NCBI GenBank assembly: GCA_965212015.1
Contig: OZ243037.1
Location: forward strand, 1,568,001-1,632,000
Direction: 5' to 3'
Source: Cenarchaeum sp.
GTDB taxonomy: Archaea; Thermoproteota; Nitrososphaeria; Nitrososphaerales; Nitrosopumilaceae
Length of the DNA: 64,000 bases
Below, piece by piece: positions 9,902 to 20,310 of this stretch (positions are counted from its first letter, which is position 1; each line of letters starts with the position of its first letter). The translations under genes were made by a program, and so were the position numbers. Below the pieces are notes generated by a model, which saw only the letters and a program-made list of their open reading frames with translations, was not told where the DNA came from and made no database searches.

Positions 9902-10147
9902 ATGGTGTATCCCCTGGTCGCAAACGACGACGGCATCAAGATGATGCCCGAGCACATGGAGGATGAAAAACTGTACCACTGCATCTTTGGGAAAAAGGTA
10001 ATGCTGCTGTACAGGGACAACCAGCAGGTCCTTCACTGCTACGAGATAGAAGAGAAGAATCTAGTAGAACAGATAAGGCAGTGCGGCGACAATGAGATGA
10101 TTGCGAAAATTCTGGAGGATTACATTGCCGACCGGAATCTGAAATAA
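9902..10147 (+). CDS. Hypothetical protein
   Basis: 81-aa ORF with plausible composition that fills the gap between dinB and alba. Confidence 0.7.
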   Translation: MVYPLVANDDGIKMMPEHMEDEKLYHCIFGKKVMLLYRDNQQVLHCYEIEEKNLVEQIRQCGDNEMIAKILEDYIADRNLK

Positions 10148-10187
10148 TTAAATAAAAGAGCGATTTTATGAGCCTAGGAATGACGAT

Positions 10188-10907
10188 TTGAGCGAAAACA
10201 AAAAGCAGACAGATGCCGAGGACATTCTGTCAGAGTTTCAACAGGCCAGGGAACAGCAGACCGAACCGGAACCCGCAGCCGACCCCGCACAACAGGCAAC
10301 GGATTCACAGGACAAACCCGCAGAGGCTGACTCGCAGGGAGAGCCGGCAGCCGACCCCGCACAACAGGCAGAAAACACACAGGACGCAGAATCGGCAGCC
10401 GACCCCGCACAACAGGCAGAAAACACACAGGACGCAGAATCGGCAGCCGACCCCGCACAACAGGCAAAAGTTTCTCAGGACAAGCCTGCAGAGTCAGCGG
10501 CTGATCCTATACAACAGGCAACGGATTCGCAGGACAAACCCGCAGAATCGGCAGCCGACCCCGCACAACAGGCAAAAGTTTCTCAGGACAAGCCTGCAGA
10601 GTCAGACCAGAAAACAACACAAAACAGCTCCGTGCCGGAGCGGAACATAATCTTTGTTGGAACAAAGCCCATCATGGCGTACGTTACTGCTACACTGACA
10701 CAGCTTGCAAGCCATCCGATCATTACGATCAAGGCAAGGGGCAAGCGCATTACCCAGGCGGTGGATATATCACAGATAATTGTAAAGAGAATCGGCACCG
10801 TGGGATTCATTGTCGGAGACATCCGGATATCCTCTGATGCGCTAGAGTCCCAGGATGGAAAGACGCGCAATGTCTCCACCATAGAAATAGATGTCACGAA
10901 AAACTAG
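10188..10907 (+). CDS. Alba chromatin/RNA-binding protein with long acidic repeat N-terminal extension
   Basis: C-terminal IFVGTKPIMAY..IKARGKRITQAVD..RNVSTIEI. Confidence 0.9.
   Translation: MSENKKQTDAEDILSEFQQAREQQTEPEPAADPAQQATDSQDKPAEADSQGEPAADPAQQAENTQDAESAADPAQQAENTQDAESAADPAQQAKVSQDKPAESAADPIQQATDSQDKPAESAADPAQQAKVSQDKPAESDQKTTQNSSVPERNIIFVGTKPIMAYVTATLTQLASHPIITIKARGKRITQAVDISQIIVKRIGTVGFIVGDIRISSDALESQDGKTRNVSTIEIDVTKN
10269..10605 (+). repeat. In-frame tandem repeats (AADPAQQA core, six copies, mostly 48-54 nt period)
   Basis: GCAGCCGACCCCGCACAACAGGCA recurs inside the alba ORF. Confidence 0.9.
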
Positions 10908-11112
10908 GCTAGTTGCGATAACCGTGCCGCTAATCGGAATCGTCCTTCTGCTGGCGCTGGGATCCTGCGGCGTGGATTATGTGGCGATAGCCGGCGATAT
11001 TGCAAGATACGGCGAGACTCTGGATCCAGAGTTCTGCGAGTCGATAGTGCACAGGATTGGACAATACAACCAAGAATGCCCCCTGCGGTTTGAAATTCTG
11101 GACTGCGGCTAG
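10891..11112 (+). CDS. Small exported/lipoprotein-like hypothetical protein
   Basis: Signal-like N-terminus ending LGSC; further Cys residues. Confidence 0.6.
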   Translation: MSRKTRLVAITVPLIGIVLLLALGSCGVDYVAIAGDIARYGETLDPEFCESIVHRIGQYNQECPLRFEILDCG

Positions 11113-11114
11113 AC

Positions 11115-11825
11115 TTACTGGTACATGCCGTCTGTGAGGCGCTTTGTCTCCTCCTTTGTCTCTTTTATTACGACGTCAATCTTTTCTGCCTCCTTTTGCA
11201 GCGCAGGTATGTCGCATGTGGCCCCGGGGACCAGCTTTGCCATCGCAGTGCACAGGTCCACGCTGGATTTAAAGTCCGGTCCTGCGCGGTGCGGATTAAA
11301 CAGCACCACGATGACGTCCTGATCGTTTGTCATGCCCCGGTTTAGCATGGCCCCCGGAATGCCCGGAATCGTACCGTGCTCCAAAACGCGCATTCCGCAC
11401 TCTTTTATCTTTGCCCTTGCCGCATCCGTGCTTCCGACGGCAACAGTATCGGTGATTTCGGCCTTTATGGCGGCGCTGCTTATCACGTATGACACGCCGT
11501 GTTTTTGCGCCCACTCTAGCATTGTCTTTGCCATCGTCTTTTGCATCGGCTCATTTAGCGTAAGATACGACGAAAAGACGCCCACGTTTAGCTCATTGTT
11601 GACGTATACGTTAGTCGGATAATTCGGCCTGCCGTTTCTGACCAGGCTGACTGCGGGAAACTTGTTCGAGTCTACAAACCCGGCAAGCTCAAACTGCGTG
11701 GTGTGTATCAGCGATTCGGCGGCTATCGCACTGGTGTATCCCACGGAGGGAAACCCGTCTATGAGATATCCGCCCTTGATGCTAATGGGCCTAAGCTCAG
11801 TTATCCTGAATTGATGCGGAATCAT
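11115..11825 (-). CDS. Proteasome assembly chaperone (PAC2) family protein
   Basis: LIDGFPSVG..SAIA, GIPGAML, PDF motifs; start moved to the ATG at 11825 to avoid overlap with dys. Confidence 0.85.
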   Translation of the reverse strand: MIPHQFRITELRPISIKGGYLIDGFPSVGYTSAIAAESLIHTTQFELAGFVDSNKFPAVSLVRNGRPNYPTNVYVNNELNVGVFSSYLTLNEPMQKTMAKTMLEWAQKHGVSYVISSAAIKAEITDTVAVGSTDAARAKIKECGMRVLEHGTIPGIPGAMLNRGMTNDQDVIVVLFNPHRAGPDFKSSVDLCTAMAKLVPGATCDIPALQKEAEKIDVVIKETKEETKRLTDGMYQ

Positions 11826-11859
11826 GTAATGCCTCGCCTGACTGGCAGCTAGCCCACAT

Positions 11860-12801
11860 TTATTTTGAAAGCCTTGAGAGCAGCGCCGCATATAAGAAGG
11901 GAAGCACAGTCGTGGCCTCTGCGTGGAGCGTGGCCTGTTTTGCCTTTTGGGTGACTTTGCCCCACGATACTGCCTCCCGGACAAGCGCGCCGCTGAGGCT
12001 CCCGTCGAACTCTTGGGCAGTGGTGATATACAGGGCATAGTCTAGCCCCCCGCGATACTGGTTCCACCACAGCGTGTGGTGCTTTGATATCCCGCCCCCG
12101 ATCATCAGCGCGCCTGACCTTTCTGCCTTGAAGATCAAGCCGGACAGGAGGTCTGCATCGCGTGTGAGGCTCAGCTTAAAGTCGGCGTGCTTTTGCGCAA
12201 ACATCCACACCTGGCTTCCGACTGCGCCGTCCATTATTCCGGGAACTATTACGGGCACGCCGTTTTTCTCAGCCCAGCTTAGAAACGACTCGTCCCCCAG
12301 ATGCCTTCCGATCATGCCGGCAATGTCTGCTGTAGACATTTCCCGTACTCCCGACTTGTATTCCTCCTCCAAAAACGCCTGCATCTTTTGCTCGATGAGC
12401 GGGCCATAGCTGTCCATCGGAACCAGTATGTTTCCCAGCCTGTGTATGTTTTGGTCTGCAAGCTCGCAGTCATCCATCGTAAAGGAGCCCTCCTTGTAAT
12501 CGGAATAAAACCTTGCAATGTCGTGATCCAGCGCGCCACAGGTGGTAATCACGGCATCGAACATTCTGTTTTTTATCATGTCTTTGATTATTCCGCGCAG
12601 TCCGGTGGAGACGACTGCCCCGACAAACGACACGAACCTCAAACACTTTTTGTCAGAGACCATGGAATGCAGTATGTCCAGGCCCTCTGCCATGTTTTTT
12701 GATTCAAACCCGCCTGATTTGGACAGCTCGTCGAAAATCCGCTCCACGCTCGTGTCCCCGTCTATCCTGATGTCCCTTACCGCATTTCCCGGCTTGATCA
12801 T
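11860..12801 (-). CDS. dys: Deoxyhypusine synthase
   Basis: VSTGLRG, GGGISKHH, EFDGSLSGA..EAVSWGK. Confidence 0.95.
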   Translation of the reverse strand: MIKPGNAVRDIRIDGDTSVERIFDELSKSGGFESKNMAEGLDILHSMVSDKKCLRFVSFVGAVVSTGLRGIIKDMIKNRMFDAVITTCGALDHDIARFYSDYKEGSFTMDDCELADQNIHRLGNILVPMDSYGPLIEQKMQAFLEEEYKSGVREMSTADIAGMIGRHLGDESFLSWAEKNGVPVIVPGIMDGAVGSQVWMFAQKHADFKLSLTRDADLLSGLIFKAERSGALMIGGGISKHHTLWWNQYRGGLDYALYITTAQEFDGSLSGALVREAVSWGKVTQKAKQATLHAEATTVLPFLYAALLSRLSK

Positions 12802-12900
12802 GTGAAAAAAACTTGGCATACGGCTATAAAACCCTGTCTTACTTGTCGGCGATTATTTTCTAGCAAAGCTTTAAACCCTTTTGGTAAGGACAGACTATGA

Positions 12901-14037
12901 ATGGCTGCAAGGATAAAGGTCGGTCTGGTGGGGATAGGCAACTGTTTTTCCGGCCTGATTCAGGGAATAGAGTACTATCGGAAAAACCCCTCGCAGCAAG
13001 TCATCGGCATAATCCACGACAAGCTGCGCGATTACGGAATTTATGACATTGACTTTGTCTGCGGCTTTGATGTGGCAGAAAACAAGATTGGCAAGCCGAT
13101 CAACGAGGCGATATACGAATACCCCAACATGGTCGACTGGATTTCAAAAGGCGACATGCCGGAGACTGGCGCCCTGGTGTATGAGGGCCCCGCGCTAGAC
13201 GGCGTGGGACTGTGGGTCCAAAACAGGGTAAAGCCGATTTCAAGCACAAAGACAAACGAGGATCTCGCCGCAGAGGCCAAGAAAATCATGAGGGACGCAG
13301 GCGTGGAGATTCTAGTCTCGTACCTTCCCGTGGGCTCCGAGCAGGCGACGCAGTTCTGGGCGCAGATCTGCCTTGATACCGGCACGGCGTTTGTAAACTG
13401 CATCCCGTCTTTTATCGCCTCAAGCGAGGAATGGAGCAAAAAATTCGAGCAAAAAAACATACCCGTAATCGGCGACGACATAAAGGGGCAGGTCGGCGCG
13501 ACCATAGTCCACAGGACCCTGGCACGGCTGTGCAACGACCGGGGCACCAAGATCGAAAAGACGTACCAGATCAACGTCGGCGGAAACACCGACTTTCTGA
13601 ACATGAAGGAGCAGGAACGGCTGGTAAGCAAGAGGATATCAAAGACCGAAAGCGTGCAAAGCCAGCTCGACGAGAGGCTTGATGACGATCAAATCTATGT
13701 GGGGCCGTCTGATTTCATCCCGTTTCTGGGAAATACAAAGCTCATGTTTATGAGAATCGAGGGGCGCCAGTGGGCAAACATCCCGTACAACATGGAGGTG
13801 AGGCTGGACGTCGACGACAAGGCAAACTCTGCCGGAATCGTAATTGACGCAATAAGGCTGGCAAAGATCGCCCTGGATGACGGGATTGGCGGCTCGATAA
13901 TACCTGCCAGCGCGTATCTTATGAAGCACCCGATACTACAAATGACTGATCCCCTTGCAAAGCAGGCGTGCGAGGATTTTGTCGACGGCGGGACGCAGGA
14001 CCCCAGTCGTGGCACAAGCCAAGTCCATAGAAAATAA
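12901..14037 (+). CDS. ino1: myo-inositol-1-phosphate synthase
   Basis: VGIGNC, YLPVGS, GDDIKGQVGAT, NVGGNTDF, DKANSAG. Confidence 0.95.
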   Translation: MAARIKVGLVGIGNCFSGLIQGIEYYRKNPSQQVIGIIHDKLRDYGIYDIDFVCGFDVAENKIGKPINEAIYEYPNMVDWISKGDMPETGALVYEGPALDGVGLWVQNRVKPISSTKTNEDLAAEAKKIMRDAGVEILVSYLPVGSEQATQFWAQICLDTGTAFVNCIPSFIASSEEWSKKFEQKNIPVIGDDIKGQVGATIVHRTLARLCNDRGTKIEKTYQINVGGNTDFLNMKEQERLVSKRISKTESVQSQLDERLDDDQIYVGPSDFIPFLGNTKLMFMRIEGRQWANIPYNMEVRLDVDDKANSAGIVIDAIRLAKIALDDGIGGSIIPASAYLMKHPILQMTDPLAKQACEDFVDGGTQDPSRGTSQVHRK

Positions 14038-14099
14038 ACCGTCTTGTCAACTAAACTTGTTAGTAATCGATTATCCTGTATGGGTGCGCAGGATTACAC

Positions 14100-17000
14100 A
14101 TGGTTCACATTAACAAAGTCGAGATCTTTGGATTCAAGTCGTTTGGCTTTAAGAACACCATAGTGGATTTCAAGCAGGGGCTGGTCTCGATCTCGGGGCC
14201 GAACGGATCCGGCAAAAGCAACATACTGGATGCGATAATCTTTGCAATGGGGGAGAACCGCCCAAAGACGATGCGGGTGGACAAGCTGAGATCCCTGCTG
14301 CACGACATAGAGGGCTCCAGAAGGGGGCCCAAGCTGACGCGCGTCAGCGTGCATTTTGACAATTCAGACAGAAAGATACCTGTGGACTCTGACGCAGTGG
14401 AGATTACGCGGGAGCTAGACGGCGGCGGCGATAACACCTATTTTCTCAACAAGAAAAAGACCAACCGGGGCCACATTTTGGATCTGCTCGACATGGCAAA
14501 CGCCGGCCTGCACCAGCTAAACGCAGTCCAGCAGGGGACAGTCACCCGAATATCGGAATTCTCGCCTGAGGAAAAGCGCGAGGCCATAGAAAACCTGATA
14601 GGGCTGTCGTATTTCGACGAAAAAAAGACAGAGTCCGAAAAGCAGCTCAGCGATGCGGACAGGAGGCTGGAGATTGCGCTGGCCACGATGGATGAGATCA
14701 AAAAGCGCATAGACGAGCTAGAAGAGGAGAGAAACCTCAAGCTCCGCCACGACGTCCTTGAGCGGGAGCTAAACCGGCTCAATGCGATATCGGCCTCTGG
14801 CAAGCTCAAGGTGATAACAAGGCAAAAGGAGGAAAAGGACGCAGAGCTGGGCTCGCTGAGCTCAGAGACTAGGGAGCTTGAGGAGCGGCGCGGCGTCATC
14901 AAGGCGGAGATTGGCGCAATCGAGGGGGAAAAATCGGCGTTTCTGGACAATGTAAACGAGTTCAACCAGGCAAAACTCACCATCGATACCGAGCTGAGCT
15001 CCGAGATGCGCGGCTTTGAGGAGGCCAATACGGGAATTCTTGCGGCCAAAAAACACATAGGGCAGATGGAGTCCCAGATTCCGAGGATCAAACAGGATAT
15101 TCTGGACATCCGGGATGCCGGCGGCGCAAATGCCGCCAGCATTGGCAAGCTCAGATCAGAGCTGGAGAAATTCGATGCGCAAAAACAGCAGGCCGGCGAG
15201 GAGATAAGGGGGATAAACTCTGCGCGCGATGCGGTGCTAAAACAGCAGACTGACATTCTAAAAAGAAAGTCGAGCTTTGATGCAAAAATAAAAGAGCTGA
15301 CCCTGCAGTTCAACGATTCCCAGCTAAAGCTGTCGCAGTTCAGGTCCGCACAGTCGGACATTGGCGGAAAACTGGAAACCAACTCTTCAAAGCACGGCGA
15401 TTACGAACAGGACGCCGCAAAACTCTCAAAGCTGCACGAAGAGCTAGAGTCCGTGTCTGCGAACCACCAAAGGTCGGTCTCTGAGATAAAGTCAATCCTC
15501 TCAAACCTGAATGCGAAAAAGACGAAAATCCAGGGCGACATTGAGGATCTCGGAATGATGCTGGAAAAGTCAAGCAAGGCGGGAAACCAGTACGATGCAA
15601 AGATAAAGATGGTAAAGGGAATGATGCACGAGGATTATTCTGCGGCAAAGCTAAAACAAAACGCAGGCGAGCTTGGAATCATGGGGCTGGTCTATGAGCT
15701 GATCTCGTGGGACAAGAAATACGAGAGGGCGGTGCTGGCAGTGGGCTCTGACTGGGTAAAGGCAACGGTGGTGCAGGACTTTGCTGCACTGGTAAGCCTG
15801 GCAGAGTATGTGAGATACAAGAACCTTCCCAAGCTCAAGATAATCCCGCTTGATGCGATTCCAAAGCTAAGGCTGGAGCCGCCCAACCACAAGGGCGTCG
15901 TGGGCATACTGTCTGACTATGTAAAGTGCGACAGGAAATACGCCGCGCTAAAGACGTTTCTGTTTGGCAGCGTGGTGCTTGTCGACTCGAAGGAATCGGC
16001 CCACGAGATATCAAAGTCCGGGTACAGGGCGGCCACCCTTGAGGGCGAGTTCTTTGAGTCCAAGGCCACAGTAGTGGTAATCGACATCAATTCCAAGATA
16101 TCAAAGCTGACAAAGATCATCTCGATGAGCACCTCAGTTGACGGGCTTTTGGCCTCAATCACCCTTTTAAGAAAGTACATGCAGCGAAAAAAGCACTCGC
16201 TGGCAAAGCTGGAGGCGGGAATCCAGGGCTACCGGGATCGGCTCCAGGTCTCTGAGACGGGGCTGGCCACTAGCAGCCAGGCCTGCGGCGATCTGAGGCT
16301 GCAGATAAGGGGCAAATCAAGGATACAGACGGATCTAGCGGCAAGGCTCTCTATTCTTGCAAAACAAAGAGAAGAAACGTCCACCAAGATTGCAAAGCAA
16401 GAGTCTCTAGTGTCCTCCCTGCGCGAGAGGATTTCGCTGACCCGGGAAAACTATTCTGACGGCGAGCTTGGGCGGATTGCAGGCGAGCTTGACATGATAA
16501 ACTCCCAGAAATCACAGCTGGAGATAAAACAGGCAGACGTCCTAAGCGACTTTCAGGACAAGCACTCCCAGATAGCGGAGCTTGAGGCCCGAAACATCAG
16601 GGACAGCACTGCCATCCAAAACCTCAACGACGACAGGGACAGGCTGATTGCCCAAAAGTCAGAGACGGAACGCAGGATTACAGACTTGGAAAAGACGCGC
16701 GGGGAGAAGAACCAGAACCTGGTGCGGCTCAGGCAAAAAGAGCAGGAGCTCATCTCGACGTCGGGAACGTCCGTCTCCAAGGTAAACGAGTTCGACGGCC
16801 GGCTCGCGGATCTAGTCGACCAGGAAAAGGCGCTGACAAAAAAGATCGGCCAGCTGGAGCGGCAGACATACTCGCTTTCGCGCGACTTGCAGGACCTCGC
16901 CCAGAGCAGGGCGGAGATTCAAAAGATGCTTGCAAAGTTCGGGTACAGCGGTAATGTTGACGACTTTGATGTGGAGCCGATCCTGCGCGCCCTGGATGCG

Positions 17001-17624
17001 GAATACCGCGCACTGACGGCGCTCAACGCAAAGGCGCCAGAGACATACCTTGAAGTCTCCAACAGGTACAGGTCAATGTCCACCAGAAAGAACTCGCTGG
17101 AAGAAGAGCGCAATTCCATCGTAAAGTTCATCGAGCTGATTGAAAAGGACAAGAGGCAGACGTTCCTTGACGCGTTTGACAAGGTGGACAAGGAGATCCG
17201 CCACGCGTTCTCCAAGATGACCGGGGGAAACGCCTGGCTTGAGCTGCAAAACGAGGACGACATATTCAATTCCGGAATATCGTACATGATCCAGTTCCAA
17301 AACAAGCCAAAGCGGGAGTCCACGTCCATCAGCGGCGGCGAAAAGACCCTGGCCGCGATAGTCTTTGTGCTTGCGCTTCAAAAGCTAAAGCCGTCCCCGT
17401 TTTACCTGTTCGACGAGGTCGACGCCCACCTTGATGCGCCAAACTCCGAAAGCCTCTCCAAGATACTCGAGGAGAGGGCAAAGGAGAGCCAGTTTATCAT
17501 GGTGTCGCTAAAGGACTCGATGGTGCAAAAGGCCAAGCTCATCTATGGCGTATACGGGAGAAACGGCGTATCGCACGTGGTGACCTATAAAAACAAGCAC
17601 CTGCCGTCCGTGGCCACAAGATAG
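14100..17624 (+). CDS. smc: Chromosome segregation protein SMC
   Basis: GPNGSGKSN, coiled coils with central hinge, SGGEK, FDEVDAHLD. Confidence 0.97.
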   Translation: MVHINKVEIFGFKSFGFKNTIVDFKQGLVSISGPNGSGKSNILDAIIFAMGENRPKTMRVDKLRSLLHDIEGSRRGPKLTRVSVHFDNSDRKIPVDSDAVEITRELDGGGDNTYFLNKKKTNRGHILDLLDMANAGLHQLNAVQQGTVTRISEFSPEEKREAIENLIGLSYFDEKKTESEKQLSDADRRLEIALATMDEIKKRIDELEEERNLKLRHDVLERELNRLNAISASGKLKVITRQKEEKDAELGSLSSETRELEERRGVIKAEIGAIEGEKSAFLDNVNEFNQAKLTIDTELSSEMRGFEEANTGILAAKKHIGQMESQIPRIKQDILDIRDAGGANAASIGKLRSELEKFDAQKQQAGEEIRGINSARDAVLKQQTDILKRKSSFDAKIKELTLQFNDSQLKLSQFRSAQSDIGGKLETNSSKHGDYEQDAAKLSKLHEELESVSANHQRSVSEIKSILSNLNAKKTKIQGDIEDLGMMLEKSSKAGNQYDAKIKMVKGMMHEDYSAAKLKQNAGELGIMGLVYELISWDKKYERAVLAVGSDWVKATVVQDFAALVSLAEYVRYKNLPKLKIIPLDAIPKLRLEPPNHKGVVGILSDYVKCDRKYAALKTFLFGSVVLVDSKESAHEISKSGYRAATLEGEFFESKATVVVIDINSKISKLTKIISMSTSVDGLLASITLLRKYMQRKKHSLAKLEAGIQGYRDRLQVSETGLATSSQACGDLRLQIRGKSRIQTDLAARLSILAKQREETSTKIAKQESLVSSLRERISLTRENYSDGELGRIAGELDMINSQKSQLEIKQADVLSDFQDKHSQIAELEARNIRDSTAIQNLNDDRDRLIAQKSETERRITDLEKTRGEKNQNLVRLRQKEQELISTSGTSVSKVNEFDGRLADLVDQEKALTKKIGQLERQTYSLSRDLQDLAQSRAEIQKMLAKFGYSGNVDDFDVEPILRALDAEYRALTALNAKAPETYLEVSNRYRSMSTRKNSLEEERNSIVKFIELIEKDKRQTFLDAFDKVDKEIRHAFSKMTGGNAWLELQNEDDIFNSGISYMIQFQNKPKRESTSISGGEKTLAAIVFVLALQKLKPSPFYLFDEVDAHLDAPNSESLSKILEERAKESQFIMVSLKDSMVQKAKLIYGVYGRNGVSHVVTYKNKHLPSVATR

Positions 17625-17666
17625 CATAAAGAAACAATTTTGAATACCCCCCGCGCTAAAACTGCC

Positions 17667-18236
17667 ATGGAGAGGGACATTGTAGACGACGTCAATGCGC
17701 TGCTAAAGCTCGGCGTGGGCGACATCTACCGCCTGGAGCATATAAAGCAGGCGTATATGGCCAACAAGACCATCTGGGACAGCGACGCCAAGTACATGGC
17801 GCACATGAAGAGCAAGTATCTCAAGCCGGATGCTGACGCACCGGAGGACGCAAAAGACGCAGAAGACGAGGAGATAATACACTGCTGGAAATGCGGCCAA
17901 AAAAACTCGCTAAAGGCCAACTTTTGCATGGTGTGCGGCGTCTCTTTGTTCGAGATAGACTCAAAGCCAGAGACGGAATCAAAGCAGACACACCGTGCCT
18001 CGCGCGGCATAAAGTCCCGGCTGAAAAAACCAATCCTGATTGCAATTCCCATCCTGATACTGCTGGCAGCGGGGGCCGCAATAGCCACGGGATCAGTTGA
18101 CGTCGGCCTGCCACAGTTTGGCTCTGGGGGGACCGTACCTGTGGTGGTACCTGATGACCCTACAGTAACACACTCAAAGTGCGGCACGGGCACCGTGTTT
18201 GATCCCGTTTCTAATACCTGCGCCCTTGCGCCCTAG
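17667..18236 (+). CDS. Zinc-ribbon membrane protein
   Basis: CWKC..NFCMVCG, one TM helix, C-terminal CGTGTVFD..C motif. Confidence 0.75.
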   Translation: MERDIVDDVNALLKLGVGDIYRLEHIKQAYMANKTIWDSDAKYMAHMKSKYLKPDADAPEDAKDAEDEEIIHCWKCGQKNSLKANFCMVCGVSLFEIDSKPETESKQTHRASRGIKSRLKKPILIAIPILILLAAGAAIATGSVDVGLPQFGSGGTVPVVVPDDPTVTHSKCGTGTVFDPVSNTCALAP

Positions 18237-19180
18237 TCGAGCTTGGCAAAGCACGCCGCCTGCCTTTTCGCATCGCCCTCCAGTTCCGGCTCTGTCTTGC
18301 ATTTTTCTATCGCATAGGGGCACCTTGCCCTGAACCTGCATCCCGCATACGCGTCGACGTCAAGCGGCTCGTTTATGCGAATCATCTTTTCCCTGTTGAG
18401 GTTTTCTGGGTCGGGTACGGAGATGGCGTCAATCAGGGCCTGCGTGTACGGGTGCCTCGGATGCAGCAGCACGTCGTCGACTGGTCCGATCTCCATGATC
18501 TTTCCGAGATACATGATTGCAATCCTCTTTCCGAAATACCTCGCAGTGGCAAGATCGTGTGTAATGTATATGAAGGATATTCCGTGTTTTTTTTGCAGCT
18601 CCGATAGGAGCTCCAGCATCTCTGCACGTATGGAGACGTCCAGCATCGATACTGGCTCGTCGGCAATTATTATCCTGGGATTCAGCGCCAGCGCCCTTGC
18701 CAGTACCACCCTCTGCCTCTGTCCGCCCGAAAGCACGTGCGGATACCTGCCTGCGATATCCTCGGCGGGCTCTAGCTTTACCTCCCTGAGCACCTCGATT
18801 ACCCTTTCTGCCCTGGATCTCTTGTCCCCCGCACCGTGGATGCCAAGCGGCTCGGCGACAATGTCGGAGACTTTCATCCTGGGGTTTATAGAGTCGTACG
18901 GATCCTGGTGGATCATCTGGCACTGCATTCTAAGACCCCTGGCGTCATCCACCCTGGCCCCGTCCAAAAACACGTCCCCGCGATCCGCCCTTGCCGACTT
19001 CATAATCAGCTTGGCCACAGTCGTTTTTCCGGATCCGGACTCGCCTGCCAGCACCAGTATGTCGTCCCTGTAGAGTGCAAACGACACCCCGTCCACGGCC
19101 CTTGTGGTTTTTTGCGCTCCAAACAGGCTCTTTTTTGTGTAATGCTTGACAAGTCCCTCGACGCGCAAGACTTTGTCCAA
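18233..19180 (-). CDS. Oligopeptide/dipeptide ABC transporter ATP-binding subunit
   Basis: GESGSGKT, LSGGQRQR, ADEPVSMLD, HPYT, GCRFRARC. Confidence 0.93.
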   Translation of the reverse strand: MDKVLRVEGLVKHYTKKSLFGAQKTTRAVDGVSFALYRDDILVLAGESGSGKTTVAKLIMKSARADRGDVFLDGARVDDARGLRMQCQMIHQDPYDSINPRMKVSDIVAEPLGIHGAGDKRSRAERVIEVLREVKLEPAEDIAGRYPHVLSGGQRQRVVLARALALNPRIIIADEPVSMLDVSIRAEMLELLSELQKKHGISFIYITHDLATARYFGKRIAIMYLGKIMEIGPVDDVLLHPRHPYTQALIDAISVPDPENLNREKMIRINEPLDVDAYAGCRFRARCPYAIEKCKTEPELEGDAKRQAACFAKLD

Positions 19181-19284
19181 TTACCGGACTATTCCGCACG
19201 GGTATATCAAGCTGCATCATGCGCCTGTGAAAAACCCGGCTTTTGGGATAAGGCATTTATGGGCTAAAATGCGGCTAACCATAC

Positions 19285-20310
19285 TTGAATCCCCGGGCCG
19301 TTCAGGAGATATCTGACTATGAGCACCACCTGATACATGACAGGCTGGACTATTTCAAGCCGCGCAGCGCCGCTAGCAGACAGACGTTTGCGCAGCAGGT
19401 CCGCAGCGGCCTGGGCGGCACGCCAAAGTCGTTAAGCCCGAAATTCTTTTATGACTGTAGGGGCTCGTCGCTTTTTGAGCAAATCTGCAGGCTGCCGGAA
19501 TACTATCTGACCCGGACTGAGATCAAAATCCTCGGCGGGCTGGGAGATGAGCTGGCGCCATACATCGCAGCAGACACGCGCCTGGTGGAGCTTGGCAGCG
19601 GCTCGTCGGTAAAGACCAGGCTAATCCTTGACGTCTTTGAGAGGATTCAGGGCAGGACGGAGTATTTTCCGATAGACGTCTCTGACATACTCGAGGACAG
19701 CTCCCGGCGGCTGCTAGGCGACTATGCAAACCTGCACGTTACTGGCATTATTGACACGTACGACAGGGGCCTGGAGTTTGTCAGGAATTTTGACGACGCC
19801 CCGAATTTGATCGCCTTTTTGGGATCCAGCTTTGGCAACTTTTCTGCCGGCGAGGGCGGCGCCTTTTTGAGGCTGCTCAACTCGTCGATGGGCGACTCTG
19901 ATCACTTTCTTGTGGGCCTTGACCTGCTAAAGGATGCGCGCCTTTTGGAGGATGCGTACGACGACTCGCGGGGGGTCACTGCAAAATTCAACCTCAACGT
20001 GCTCTCCAGGATAAACGGGGAGCTAGGCGGCAACTTTGATCTGGGAAAATTCTCGCACCATATAGTCTTTAACAGGGACATGCAGAGAATCGAGATGTAT
20101 CTGAGATCAAAGGAGGCCCAGTCGGCAAGGATTCCAAAGTCGGATCTGGAGGTGCACCTGTACGAAAACGAGCTGATTCACACGGAGCACTCGCACAAGT
20201 ATACCGTGCCGCAAATCCGCCGGATGCTGGGCGATTCGGGATTTGCAATAGACAGGATATGGCGTGATGACATGGCGCACTATGCGCTGGTGCTGTGCTC
20301 AAAGGCCTAG
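19285..20310 (+). CDS. egtD: L-histidine N-alpha-methyltransferase (ergothioneine pathway)
   Basis: PKFFYD.RGS.LFEQI..LPEYYLTRTE, VELGSG, AYDDSRGVTAKFNLN, IHTEHSHKY. Confidence 0.95.
   Translation: MNPRAVQEISDYEHHLIHDRLDYFKPRSAASRQTFAQQVRSGLGGTPKSLSPKFFYDCRGSSLFEQICRLPEYYLTRTEIKILGGLGDELAPYIAADTRLVELGSGSSVKTRLILDVFERIQGRTEYFPIDVSDILEDSSRRLLGDYANLHVTGIIDTYDRGLEFVRNFDDAPNLIAFLGSSFGNFSAGEGGAFLRLLNSSMGDSDHFLVGLDLLKDARLLEDAYDDSRGVTAKFNLNVLSRINGELGGNFDLGKFSHHIVFNRDMQRIEMYLRSKEAQSARIPKSDLEVHLYENELIHTEHSHKYTVPQIRRMLGDSGFAIDRIWRDDMAHYALVLCSKA

Noticed and set aside
10269-10605. 24-nt repeats with variable intervening sequence resembling a CRISPR array
   Set aside because: The units are in-frame multiples of 3 inside the alba ORF, the spacers duplicate one another, and there are no cas genes.
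14438-15382. Long antisense ORFs over smc and many other genes
   Set aside because: These are shadow frames arising from codon bias of the real sense-strand genes.
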